Assembly: GCA_002269645.1 (NCBI GenBank)
Contig: NIVC01002228.1
Span: 1 to 29,343, forward strand
From: Macrostomum lignano
Taxonomy: Eukaryota
DNA: 29,343 nucleotides
Direction: 5' to 3'
A model generated the notes under the pieces. That model made no database searches. It was not told where the DNA came from and was given only the letters and a program-made list of their open reading frames with translations. The stretch's first letter is position 1; every line of letters begins with the position of its first letter. Positions 1 through 11,046 of this stretch are shown in pieces. Made by a program: the position numbers and the translations under genes.

Positions 1-75
1 AGAGCCGTTCAGGGTCGCCAGAGTCACTAGTGAGTTGTCTAACCATTCTAGTCACGGTAACGTTTTCAACGGGCT
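1..75 (-). CDS. UBR4: UBR4 putative exon 6 (partial, runs off the window toward the UBR box)
   Basis: Acceptor ttgag|AG at 76/75 is in phase 1 with the exon 5 donor and reads EPVENVTVTRMVRQLTSDSGDPERL, matching the acidic stretch just before the UBR-box CTF motif. The GAG acceptor is weak. Confidence 0.5.
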
Positions 76-195
76 CTCAATCAGACATTTCACAATTCAA
101 AAATTCAAGAAACCGCGTCTATTCGAAAACCAATAAATCTACTCGACTCTCTTAAGAAAAAAATCATGCATTTGATCAACTACTCAAGTACCCAC

Positions 196-1645
196 CGGAT
201 GCTTCAGACGCTCTCCTATCGGTTTTCTGCTGACCCTGTTTCAGTTTAGCTTTGTTAGCCGAAGCTGACTGAGCCCCCAGTACAGCTAGCAGGTCGCGTA
301 GATAAGTCAGAATCTCTGTGACAGTCGCGTCTGGCAGTGGTTTCTCTTCGATATCTTTGGCAGCCTGATTCAACCAGTCTAAGCACTGCCTAGCAACTGA
401 CCGATGCCCGGAGCCGCCATCGGCAAAGGCTAGTGTGACCAACACAGCTAAATAAGCCGGAAAATCTCCAGTACTATGCAGCATCCTAGCTGACGGAGTT
501 TTCAATGCTAATAACTCTTTTAATAATCTTCTAGGAAGCTTAGACGGTAGGCGACGCGACTTGGACGATTCTTTAACTAATAGTTCGGCAAACTGGGCCA
601 GCTCTGATAGTTTAGTAGAACAGTCAGCTGTGAGCTTATCCTCTAGCCAAGATTGAATCATTTTATCGCTAACATCAGCAGCATTGTCGGCTAGAGATTT
701 GCACAGGGCGGTTAACGGATGCTCCGGTGGGAAGCCGGAGGAGTCCTCCGAGCTGCCAGACTCGCTGCCAGATGGCAAGGCGTGCAATCTAGTTAATAGA
801 CGATTGAAAAAAGCCAAGGAATCCTGCGAGCCGAATAGTACAGCAGCTAGGCTGTCCGGTAACTGTTGAAATGTTGACTCTAGTAGTTTGACAGCGGAGC
901 TATTGTTAGACGACAGCGTTGAGGTCATAAGAGCGATAGTGTCTCGTTGCATGGCCTTCCAAATAGGATGATTTCTAGCTTCAACAGGCCAGGCGCTATG
1001 GCTAGCATGTGGATCAGTGAACAGATCGTGCAGCAGATTCGATAGGCAATGCAGCAACAGCAAGTCGTTGCCAGAGTCGCCGCCTATTAAAGAGAGCGCA
1101 GCCTCGTGAATTGGTCGATAGGCGTAGCCGAGACGAATAGCGGCTAGTCTGGGCACGCCGCCAACCTTGGTTAGTACCGACTGAGTTGATGGCCACCAAT
1201 GCTGCAGAGAGCGTAACAGACGGCCAAGGCTACAAAGCAGACGTTTATAAGACAGACAGGCTGGGCCAGTCGCCGAGGACTGAGCCAAGTGCAGCAGCAC
1301 AGTCTGCTCCATCAGCGAGTGGGCCGGCGTACTACCAGACTGCTGCTGACAGCCTCTACCGTCTAAAGCATCGTAGACGTCCATGTTCCGCCGAATGTGC
1401 TCGGGTAGACAAGCGGAAGAGTCCTTGAACCCGCCTGGGCCGGACAATATAGCCAACAATCGGCGGCATAATTGCAATTCGTAATCGGCTAAGCCGCAAT
1501 GCTGACTATCTGTCTGCACTAGCCAATCAATTATGGCTTGGCCGCACAATTCCGCAATGTCTATAAGCGGCTGACGCAATCGATTAGCGCAGGCAAGCAC
1601 GCTGGCTGGCGTGTCAGCCGACGACAGCTTGGCGAGTGCAACCAC
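196..1645 (-). CDS. UBR4: UBR4 exon 5
   Basis: Lies within ORF 176-1672. Acceptor ctccag|GTG at 1646/1645, donor G|gtgggt at 196/195. Motifs LSYKRLLCSLGRLLRSLQHW, LCKSLADNAADVSDKMIQSWL, DFPAYLAVLVTLAFADGGSGHRSVARQCLDWL and EILTYLRDLLAVL align by memory with human UBR4 LKHTLLSLVRLTGDLIVW, LCGSLAQLACVEPVRLQAWL, GFPELMVVMATLASAGQGAGHLQLHNAAVDWL and HIMSYLADVTNAL. Confidence 0.85.
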
Positions 1646-1745
1646 CTGGAGAATGTGGGGACGAATTTGCAATTATCTGGCTACCAATTGGCTCAGAGCA
1701 GTCACGTGACAAGTTAAACGCACTAACTAATGAGAATGAGATTTT

Positions 1746-2079
1746 TTGATTACAGACGAGTTTACCGCAGAAGTTTTGGCACCCTGGCGCACTTTAAGCG
1801 CATTCTGCCGACTCCCTGAGCAGGCACACAAGCGCGCGGATATGTACGCAGTCATGAGCACGGGCACACACTCACACAGGAGTGTACAGCGGCCCAAACT
1901 TTATTTTATCGTTAGGCATGTACACTTCACAGTGCCTTGGGAGTTGGCCCTCAAGGCCGTTAATTGCACAAGCAGAGCCAAGCCGAGATTCCAATTCAGC
2001 CCCAACTTAAAGTGACTGCACTTGGAATCGAGCCTGGGCCGCTGGCACATCAGAGCGTCGCGCAGGCCCCCTTAGCCCT
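1746..2079 (-). mobile_element. Probable tRNA-derived SINE in UBR4 intron 4
   Basis: The minus strand has a B-box-like GGCTCGATTCC about 45 nt into the insert, ends in CTGTAATCAA, and is flanked by a candidate 7-bp TSD AAAATCT (2080-2086 and 1739-1745). It is more GC-rich than the other introns. No clear A box. Confidence 0.5.
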
Positions 2080-2091
2080 AGATTTTCGAAC

Positions 2092-5000
2092 CTGTGGCGT
2101 GCAAGTTTCGAAAATCTTGACATCAAAAGTACAAACCTTTCCACCCGAAGCTGACACCAGCCGACGAGACGAGCTGGCGGTCGATTCCGAGTCGTCGCCG
2201 CCTTCGCCGCCAGATCTTAGATCGGAGAAAATCGCCGACAGGCAAGCAACCGCGGCGTCTAACATAGCAACTGGTAGAGGATTTCCACAGCTACTATTAT
2301 TAGTAAATTCGCCAAATTTTACATCCTTAAAATAGCTTTCAACATAGGCAGTCAGGGCGGCCAGAGTGCCGCAGGCGGATAATTTCTCTTCAAATAGGGC
2401 GTCGATCCAAGCCTGACCTGTAGATTTGGCCAGATTAGCGAACACCTGTCGCCTGGCAGTGAAATAGCGACTATTTAGCTGGGCAACGCAGTAGAGATCG
2501 AATCTGTCAGCTAGAATATCACCGCTAGGCGGCTCAAGTCCGCCGGAGTCGCAGGTGCGAAGAAACCAACCAGATGGCGGCAGCAGGTTCAATAGTCGAT
2601 TAGCGGCGCGCCAATGATATTCGAGGGCGCGCATCGAATCGGGTCGATAGTCGGCCGTACTATTATTTGACAGAGCGTTAACACGCCAGGTTAGGCGTAG
2701 CAAGCCTAAACAGGCCGAATAGATCTGATCGTAAGTATCCGGGTTAGACATGAGACAGTCTAGCGCTAGATTATCCGGCTTACTAACTGAAGGCGCCGGG
2801 ACTGGCGGCAGTTCGTAATAAAGCAACCGATTTGCCAAATCTTCGTCCGAGGCCACGGCGGCCAGTGTTCCACACGAGGCAGAGTCGGCGGCTGTAGCAG
2901 CGGCAACAGTCGCCTGCGAACTGGTTGGCCTAAGAAATTGGCCAAAGAATGAATACTTCAACTGTCGCATCAAATTGTCTGGCGGATCGTAATAATACTG
3001 CACAAACGACGCCATCAGTAGGCAGAGACGACTAATTGGCAACGGATTTAACAGCTGCGTCGGTTTCTTCGCACCGACGATACCAACTGGCAGAAGAGAT
3101 TAACGGTTAAATTCAGCGCCTCTCGACGCTGTTGTCGGGCAAAGAACAATAGTTGCATCAGTTGGGCAACCTCCGGCCCGAGATCCGAGGCGCCGCTACC
3201 GCTAGATGTCAATTGATTCGGCCAGGTGTACAATAGTTCGGCATTTCTAGCTAGCCAACCGGTGCTTAAACTGGCAAACAGTCTCAGCCAGAGACTATCC
3301 AGCAATTTGCGATCCTCCGCCCCTGTAGATCTGCCAGCTTCTAGGCGAAGAAATATCACTTGAACTGCAACAGACAGAGAGCGCCAACTTGAGCGCAACG
3401 GTAACGGCTGGTTCGATGCATCAATAGGAAAGCCAACAGCGGCGGACAGACTGCTGCGAAACTGATCCGTCTGACCCGTCGGGCACTCAGTCAGCAACGA
3501 GTGCAGGCAGCGGTGAAAAGCTACTGACGCTGAGCTCAGAGCCGACTGCAGCGAATTTGATAGACCATTTGGCCAAGCATCGAAATTCGATAATATGCCA
3601 GCAATTGTGGCTGGCGATAGAGGCTGCGGCTTCTGAGCCTGCTGAACAGGCGATAGACAAGCGATTAGGCGACAGAGTTTTTCTACAACTAGCAACAGTT
3701 CGGAGGGCTGAGGCTGCGCTAGTGTCACACTTTGCTGCTGTGGCTGCTTCTGTTGCTGCTGTTGCGACGATTTCTGCTTCTGCTGTTGTTCATTCGTGGC
3801 TTCTTCAAAAACGTTGCCAAACAATAGGCCGCCAGTTGAGTCGCTATCGTCAGACGAGGCGGACGAATCGCCGGCAGATGAAGACGATGAAGATGAAGGA
3901 GGCTGAGCGGAGACGCTACCGCTAGACAGAGGCACGGCAAGGCGCTGCTGCTGCTGGCGCGGCTGCGGCGCCTGCAACTGTTGGCTCGCAGTTTCAAGCG
4001 CCGAGCGCAGATACAGATCCAACAGTTCCAACAGGCACTGGCAAGAAGCCACATTGGCTAATAACCCGCGCAATCTCTCGGGCGAATGATAAGCGTCTAG
4101 CGGACGAAGGTCAGCCACCGATGACGAAGCGGAAGATTCTGCTGAACTGGCTCCGGTCAGCAGCAGTGACGGACTGTCTAGCAGAGCTTTTAACGACCGC
4201 GAGACGGCTAAAAGACCCGCTGGACCTAGAAGCAGCTGGTGCTGCTGAGTTTGCTGGGTCTGGCGCCCTAGCATAAACTGCACGGCCCCATTTAAGCCTA
4301 GGGCGCCGCAGGCGAAGCGGAGATTGCGCCTAGCAAACACAGCGCCATCTCCATCGGCGGCGCTAACAGACGACGGCTCTAAAAGTCGGTCGACAATTCG
4401 CCAGGCGGCTGAGATCAAAGCGACTGAGTCTGCGGTAGCTTGACTCGTTGACGCCGAAGATTCTTCTTGAGCACTAGAAGCCGTTTGTTGTTGCTGAGGG
4501 GAATCGGGCCGGCCAGCCCAGGCGGTCAGGGCGGCAAACTGGGCTGCGATGGCCAATTCTATCAGCTGTACAGAAACGGCGCCGCCGGCGCTAACGGCGC
4601 CAATTGCCACGCCGAGCGACACGATTCGATCTACCAAGTCAAGCTCGATTAGAAGCTGCTTGGCTGGCAAACTAGCAGCCGCTTTCGAAGCCGCTTTGGT
4701 AGTAGCCGACGAGGACGACGCTGTCGAGAAGAAGCTGACTGCAACGGTGCCGCCGTCCGATAAGCAGTTTAGTCGGCTTTTTGCGCACTCCAGCAGGCGT
4801 TCGACAACGCCTAGGCTGTACGCGACAGCGCGACAGCGAGCTAAAACAGCGGCTCGAACAGTCGGATTAGCGTCATCAGCGTATTCAAAATTCGCGGCAA
4901 CCTCCTCCGATGTGGTTTTAGCCGCAGTGGACTTGGCAGTGGCAGCGGTTTCGTCATCAGCTATTGGCTCGTTGAGGAATTCCTCAATGGCGTTGGCGTA

Positions 5001-5192
5001 CACTCGAGTGTCGCGATCCAGTCGGCCAGTCAAATTCGGCCAGGTCAAAGCGGCCGCCGCAGTCTCAGGCAGAGGCCCCGACGTTGCCGACGAGGAAGTT
5101 GAAGCGATGACGGATTTCGCTGCAGTCAGATCGTCGGCTGATAACCCGCCAACGCCGCGGCACAGTAAGTTAAGCGTAGCAACAACATCCGC
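2092..5192 (-). CDS. UBR4: UBR4 exon 4 (3.1 kb; ORFs 3048-5048 and 2050-3042 joined by a one-base frameshift near 3065)
   Basis: Acceptor caacag|GCG at 5193/5192, donor CAG|gttcg at 2092/2091 (phase 0 to exon 5). Motifs SSDDSDSTGGLLFGNVFEE, DLGPEVAQLMQLLFF, YYYDPPDNLMRQL, YDQIYSACLGLL, ALEYHWRAANRLLNLLPPS and MLDAAVACL parallel the UBR4 N-terminal alpha-solenoid region. Confidence 0.88.
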
Positions 5193-5269
5193 CTGTTGGG
5201 ATTATTGAATATTCTTACATATAGTAAATATACAAAGCCTACTTGTATGCAAATAATATACAAACTTAC

Positions 5270-5358
5270 AAAGTCATTATCTGGCGACAGAAGCTGAACC
5301 AAATTGTTGACAAGGGCCGAAAGAGCAGATAAGATGATCTTTAAATCGGAGCTGTTAG
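5270..5358 (-). CDS. UBR4: UBR4 exon 3
   Basis: tttcag|CT ... TTT|gtaagt, 89 nt, phase 1 to 0; reads ANSSDLKIILSALSALVNNLVQLLSPDNDF and bridges exons 2 and 4 in frame. Confidence 0.75.
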
Positions 5359-5456
5359 CTGAAATTTGATATTTTAAAAATATGAAATTTTAATAATTTT
5401 GGACGCACACTTGAAATAGACAACATAGTGTAGTCGCAATAACAAAAAAATCTTAC

Positions 5457-5545
5457 CTCTTAGAGCAGAGTCGTAGAGCTCGTGACAGGCAACAATTACC
5501 AGCTCCTTTCTCATTGGAAAGTTGACAAAGTAGCTTTTCCAGTCC
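5457..5545 (-). CDS. UBR4: UBR4 exon 2
   Basis: tctag|G ... AGA G|gtaaga, 89 nt, phase 2 to 1; reads DWKSYFVNFPMRKELVIVACHELYDSALR. Confidence 0.7.
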
Positions 5546-6827
5546 CTAGACAATTGATGCAGCAATTCATAATATTATGCTAACTAAAAATATGTAAAAT
5601 AGCACAAAACTTAGTAGATTCTAAAGCTCCATTTTTAAGTCTATTGACTACTTGGAATCATGATTTAAATTGCCCATTATATTGGCAACAAATTCAAATC
5701 AATAAACAATTCATCTGGTCTTTTTTCTTATTATCTCTGCTTTTCAGCTTTTGGTTATAAATTTTGCAATTTATCTTTAGTCTAGAATAATTGCATATGT
5801 ATTTAGGGGTACAATAATATTGTATAAACTAGAATCAATTTTATATTTTGTTTCAATGTACCAGGTACTTAAAACTATTTCAATTTTGAAGGTTCAATAA
5901 AAACTTTAACATCATATACATAGCTAATAAACTTAAATCAATGCTCTCAACACAAGATTCTAGAGTCTAATACCAAGTGATAGAATAAAAACATAAAAGC
6001 AAAAAGCAAAAAGCAAATGTCAGAAAAACCAAAAAATAAATTTTTTGTTGCTCATTTTAAAAGAATAAAACATAAGAATCATAGAATAAATAATAAATTA
6101 GAATAGCAATGCAAGTACAGACTGAGTTTATATAATACTAATTATAAAATGTTATGACTTTTATTTAAAAGAAATTACTAAGTTTATTAGAGAATTTATG
6201 ACAGAAAATAAAATTTCTAAATTAATGCAAATAACACAATGCTGAAATCTAATATGGAATAACTACATCAAGTTAAATATTATAATAACAAGATTTTTTA
6301 AATTAAATCTAAATTAATTAAGACATGATTTTTATATAGGCTATAGATATGAAATTATAAGGTTTATAAATATTAATCTTCTTGGAAATAGGCTTAGCAA
6401 TAAAGGCCATGTCCTAGTTTCCCACATTAAATTATTCTGATACCAAGTTTTAAACAAATAAACTAAAATAAGTTTCCTGAAGTATACATAAGTAAAAGTA
6501 TAGCTTTTAGTCTTCAATAAATTAAAATACATGTATGCTTAAACTGTAAGTTTACTAATAAAGCTTACTATGAATTTTATACCTAAAGTTACAAATGGCA
6601 CTAGTGATAACCTTTTCAGTTTTTGACTCTCACTTTAGCAAGTTCCTTTGGCAGTAACTATTCCAAGAAAAGTGCTTTGGCAACTTTTTGTACTAGGTGC
6701 CCCTATAATCTAGATCATGGCAGGCATATATTAGAATGAAAATTCATGTTATTTAATTATAAGCCAACATAAAATAATTTTTTATGCCAAGTGCAAAGTT
6801 GTTTATATGCCATTTTTTGACAATATA

Positions 6828-8129
6828 CCGGGTGTCCGGATTGAACGGAAACGCTGCTGATTTTTTGAATATTTTTTGCAATTTCTCAGCAAGACAAGCA
6901 GCTGTACCATTTATTTTTGACAACAGTAAACAGGAAGGTGTCAGCATTGTTCTCATTCAAAATGGCCGCCATTGGCCGCGATCACGCGCTCCAGCCTCTT
7001 CCTGAACTGCTGGCACACCTTCCTCACATAGTTGGTGTCCATTCTCTCCCACGCCAGCCGAACAGCAGCCTGCAGCGCTTCCACACTGCTGTGGCAGGAT
7101 CTGCAGGCCTCGCTCTCCACACGCTGCCAGATTGAGAAGTCCAGCGGATTCAGGTCCGGACTGGAGGGCGGCCACATCGTCTTCGGCCAGAAGTTCGCCA
7201 TGTTGTCTGCCAAGAACTGCTGGGTTGTGGCCGCTGTGTGAGCCGGAGCACCGTCCTGCTGCCACACGTACTGTCCGTCAGGGTACTGCTGATGCAGCCA
7301 AGGCAGCACGTGCTGCTGCAGCAGCTGCTGGTAGCATGCAGCATTCACTTTGGTGCCTGGGTTGATGAAAATGGGGGGACACCTCCGTCCATCACTCGCA
7401 ACGACGCCCAGCATCATGATGGAGGCCGGGTGCTTAGACTTCATACTGTACTTCACGTGGGCAGGTGTGTCCGCGCTGCTGGCGGCGCTGATGTAGCGAG
7501 TGTTGCGCCTGTTCACGGCTTGGTCACAGGTGAACAGTTTCTCGTCGCTGAACACGCGCACCAGCGAGCCGTGGTTCTTCACCCACGTGAGCAACTGCCT
7601 GCAACGCTTGAGACGCGATACCTTCTGCTTCGAAGTGATGAGGTTCTTCGGCACCACCACTCTGGACACCATGCCGAGGTCTTCTTTGACGAGCTCCGAC
7701 ATTGTCGTCTTGCTCATGTCGTGCTCACGTGCCAGTCGGCGAATCGACCTTCGGGGATTTCGGTTGACCTTCGCCCGGACGGCTGCGACGGTCTTCTTCG
7801 TCCTTTTTGTCCTCGGACGACCACCCCCATGTCTTTTGGTGACATCTCCTGTGTCGTTCAGCAGCTTCCTCACAGTGAAAATCCTCTTTCTGCTCACATT
7901 GAGCACTTCTCTGATGTCGCTAGTTGACTTTCCAGCGCAAAGTAATTCAGCGATTGCTCGTCTTTGAGCCTCGTGCTCAGCCATGGTTAGGAATAAAGCT
8001 GCAAGAGTGGATGTATTAAATTCTGTGATTTCTGCTGGTTCTGACACCCATGCAAAATTTTGAATTTTGCGAAAGATTACGTAATTAACGACGTTTTAAG
8101 CAGCGTTTCCGTTCAATCCGGACACCCGG
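6828..8129 (-). mobile_element. Tc1/mariner-superfamily DD37D (maT) DNA transposon, apparently intact
   Basis: Perfect 31-bp TIRs CCGGGTGTCCGGATTGAACGGAAACGCTGCT at both ends, TA flanks (TATA on each side), one uninterrupted transposase ORF. Confidence 0.95.
6953..7984 (-). CDS. DD37D mariner-type transposase (343 aa from the ATG of MAEHEAQ)
   Basis: N-terminal HTH region (GGGRPRT), catalytic motifs VFSDEKLF, WQQDGAPAH and SPDLNPLDFSIW. I count 37 residues between the second and third Asp. Confidence 0.95.
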   Translation of the reverse strand: MAEHEAQRRAIAELLCAGKSTSDIREVLNVSRKRIFTVRKLLNDTGDVTKRHGGGRPRTKRTKKTVAAVRAKVNRNPRRSIRRLAREHDMSKTTMSELVKEDLGMVSRVVVPKNLITSKQKVSRLKRCRQLLTWVKNHGSLVRVFSDEKLFTCDQAVNRRNTRYISAASSADTPAHVKYSMKSKHPASIMMLGVVASDGRRCPPIFINPGTKVNAACYQQLLQQHVLPWLHQQYPDGQYVWQQDGAPAHTAATTQQFLADNMANFWPKTMWPPSSPDLNPLDFSIWQRVESEACRSCHSSVEALQAAVRLAWERMDTNYVRKVCQQFRKRLERVIAANGGHFE

Positions 8130-8455
8130 TATATGTATTAAAAATATAAGAGTTTTATTAAACTTTAAAACAACTGTTTTTAGCTAATAACTGATATTCT
8201 TTATTTTAATTTTGGTTTTCTTATAAATTGCATTATATAAATCATAATATTCTTTATTTTAGTATCTAATTATTTTTAAAGAGCTTTTGTTAGTTGTATA
8301 TTTATTTTTACAATTACAATAGCTCTGAACTTGGCTATTTTTTGTATACCAAATGTGTATACTTCATGATAAATTTAAAAATGCCAAGTGTATGCCAAGT
8401 TTGTCAATAAGAGCAAAAATATGCTGGAATTTCTTAGGCCTAGCATAAAGGCCAC

Positions 8456-10333
8456 TAGTGTTCCGCCGCTGCGAGTTTTGACCTCCGTAACCGTAACAGT
8501 AGCCGTAAGAAAGAAGCAACTTCCGTAGCCAAATTTTGCCGTCATTACGGGCTAAAAAAGTCCGTAACCATAATTTGCCGTAACTGTAGCCGTAATGTAT
8601 AACAAAAATTGATATTTTTTCATGAAAAGTGGGGCAGACAGAAAAGGACAGATAAAAAGGATAAAAGGATAGCAATAAAACGTACTTGTTGTTCGTTCAT
8701 GCATTAATATTAATTTATTTTTTTCGTAAATATAATATCTTTATCTAAGTATTCTATAGCATTGTTGTATGCAATTGTGTGCTTGGTGCCTCTTTCAGTT
8801 TTCTGTGTTGTGATTCTGTTTTGTTTCGCTACAATATGCTAAGGAGCTAAATGCTACATATGGCTAAGAAATAAGAATGCCAGATTCTTAGTCTCTTGCA
8901 GGCTTTGACTGGCTCTCTCTGTCTTGCTGCTATCATGCTATCGCTATGCTATGCTATGCCGGATGCCTAATGAGAAAATTTGTGAAAAAATTCATTTTTT
9001 GTTTTCAAAAAGTTTTGTAGATATTTAGAAACTTAACAAATGTAAAAAATAATAATAACTAGTAAAACAAAATGAAAACTGGTTGAAGTTGATATAAAAA
9101 ATTTTCTTTTATAACACTAAACAGTTAAAAATAGATAATTTTTGTTACGGCTACCAATTACGGCAAGTCTAGAAAAATCTCCGTAATCCATAACCGTAAG
9201 CTCAAAATATGTCTGTAACCGTAATCCGTAATGAAAATACGGCTTCAAAAGTGTCGTAGCCGTTGTAGAGATCTCCAAACACAGTAGCCTACTAAAAGTA
9301 GTAACATAAAATTATGAACACAAATTTAAAAATAGCTATGTGTCATACTCTATTTTTAGTAATACCAGTCATATCACGCAAACAGCGAGTGACTATGCTA
9401 TTGTTCGAAAAAACCGGTTCTTGACATCTATTTTTAGAACTTCCAAATATGGTAAATGTTAACCTGAATGTGACCCAAGTCTCACCCCTTTCTATTCAAA
9501 AACCCCACCTGTCAAATATCAATAATAAAATTCCTTTCGTGAACTCATCAAAAAACCAGTTTTGAGCTCAAGGTCGACTCAAGGCCAACAAATTGTGTAT
9601 AAATATAAACGAAAAATCCGAGCTGAAATCTCAGACTCGGAGCAGCCTCTGAAGATCTTGAAGCTTGCTGGAGCAGCTAAGCGGGGCTATATCTCTGAGG
9701 AAGAGAAACACCAATTGGTAAGCTTTGTTCAAGTCTTCGTTATTTTGATTATTGAGAGCGATTGTTATTGCCGGCCGTTACTGTTCAGTTGATTTTATTG
9801 AGTCTATTGAGTTTGAGGCCTCCCTTTTTCCTAAGGGATTGGATAGGATCTGCGGACCGATTCCGATACCCTTAGAGGATTATTGATTTGATTGATTTTG
9901 GTTATCCTAGATTAACCGATAGGAGCACACGACTCCGATTCCATTAGTTCTAGAAGAAGACGCCCTTTCTGGAGGACCTTGTATTGAAGTTGATTTTGTT
10001 ATTAGGGCGCATCGTTGACATTGATTTCGGCACTCGAGAATATATTGAATTCTGCACTTGAAGAAATACTGCGACGTCAATTTAATTGTTACGCTCTCAC
10101 TTTCGGCCGATTCTAGACTTCAAGGAGACTACCCCAGGAGGAACAGCTCTACGGAGACGAGCTCTACAGACACGCGCGACAAAGAAGAGGAGCCCGCAAC
10201 AGTAAGTGATCACTGATTTTGTTCCCAGGCTTAAGTGTCTGGAAGTGGGAGTTTTCGGGGGACTGATCACCTCCCGAATCAACTCTTCACCGTAATTTGC
10301 CATAGCCATAGCCATAATTACGGCGGAACACTA
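8456..10333. mobile_element. Non-autonomous hAT-type DNA transposon (1878 bp)
   Basis: Perfect 13-bp TIR TAGTGTTCCGCCG / CGGCGGAACACTA, perfect 8-bp TSD AAGGCCAC (8448-8455 and 10334-10341), and about 15 subterminal CCGTAA/TTACGG hexamers. No transposase ORF. Confidence 0.9.
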
Positions 10334-10954
10334 AAGGCCACCTTCCAGACTATGGGGTAACCCATTATGCTATGGCATTATTATATTATATAATGCTGTT
10401 TCTAAGACTTCCACAGTTTAAATTAAAGACTTATATATCTTAATCTTAAGTGTAAGGGGCCTATTTTAGTACTATAAATTATTTTGGTCTATTTCATTTT
10501 TTTAAATTTGGTATCAAAATAATTTTAATGTGGATAATTAGGACATTCCTACAATAAATAATTATGTTAAAAGCTAAGCCAACTTGGTTAGGCCTATAAT
10601 AGGCTTACAAGTTAGTTGATTTTGTGATAACAAATTTGACCTTTTTTATTTCCCTTTTTGTAATGCATGCCATACTTTTTGAAGTTAAAACAAGCAAATA
10701 GCAGACTAAAATCTAGACCCATAGTCCTATAGTAAAGTATAAGTCTAGGCCTAGGCTTAGCTGCTTAGGCCCTATACTAATAGAATACTAGGCCTTAATA
10801 TTAATTAAAGTGCAATATTAAACTAAGCTTAACTAATAATGATACTTTATTTTATAAACTAAGCATAGGGTTATATTATTAATTCAGATGTATATTGTTA
10901 AATAGCTTAGAAATAATAATATAGGCTACTTGAACTAGCTAAACAATGGCATAC

Positions 10955-11046
10955 CATATCATAATTGAAGAGCACAACTCCTGTACTGATCGCGCTTCGT
11001 CAAGTAATAGCGGAACCAATAGGTTCGCGTCTTTTTTTCTTTCCAT
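10955..11046 (-). CDS. UBR4: UBR4 putative first coding exon
   Basis: ATG at 11046, MERKKDANLLVPLLLDEARSVQELCSSIMI, donor TG|gtatgc in phase 2, matching the exon 2 acceptor. Weakly resembles the UBR4 N-terminus (VRPLL...ELPQLVASVI). Confidence 0.6.

Noticed and set aside
3040-3095. Programmed ribosomal frameshift in UBR4
   Set aside because: No X XXY YYZ slippery heptamer at the junction and similar indels occur elsewhere in the window, so an error is more parsimonious.
3557-5208. Plus-strand and alternate-frame ORFs over UBR4 (e.g. 4549-5208, 3557-3925, 3725-4054)
   Set aside because: Shadow ORFs of GC-rich low-complexity coding sequence with no recognisable motifs.
6917-7967. Antisense and alternate-frame ORFs over the transposase (229 aa, 155 aa and others)
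   Set aside because: Explained by the GC-rich codon usage of the transposase; no independent evidence.
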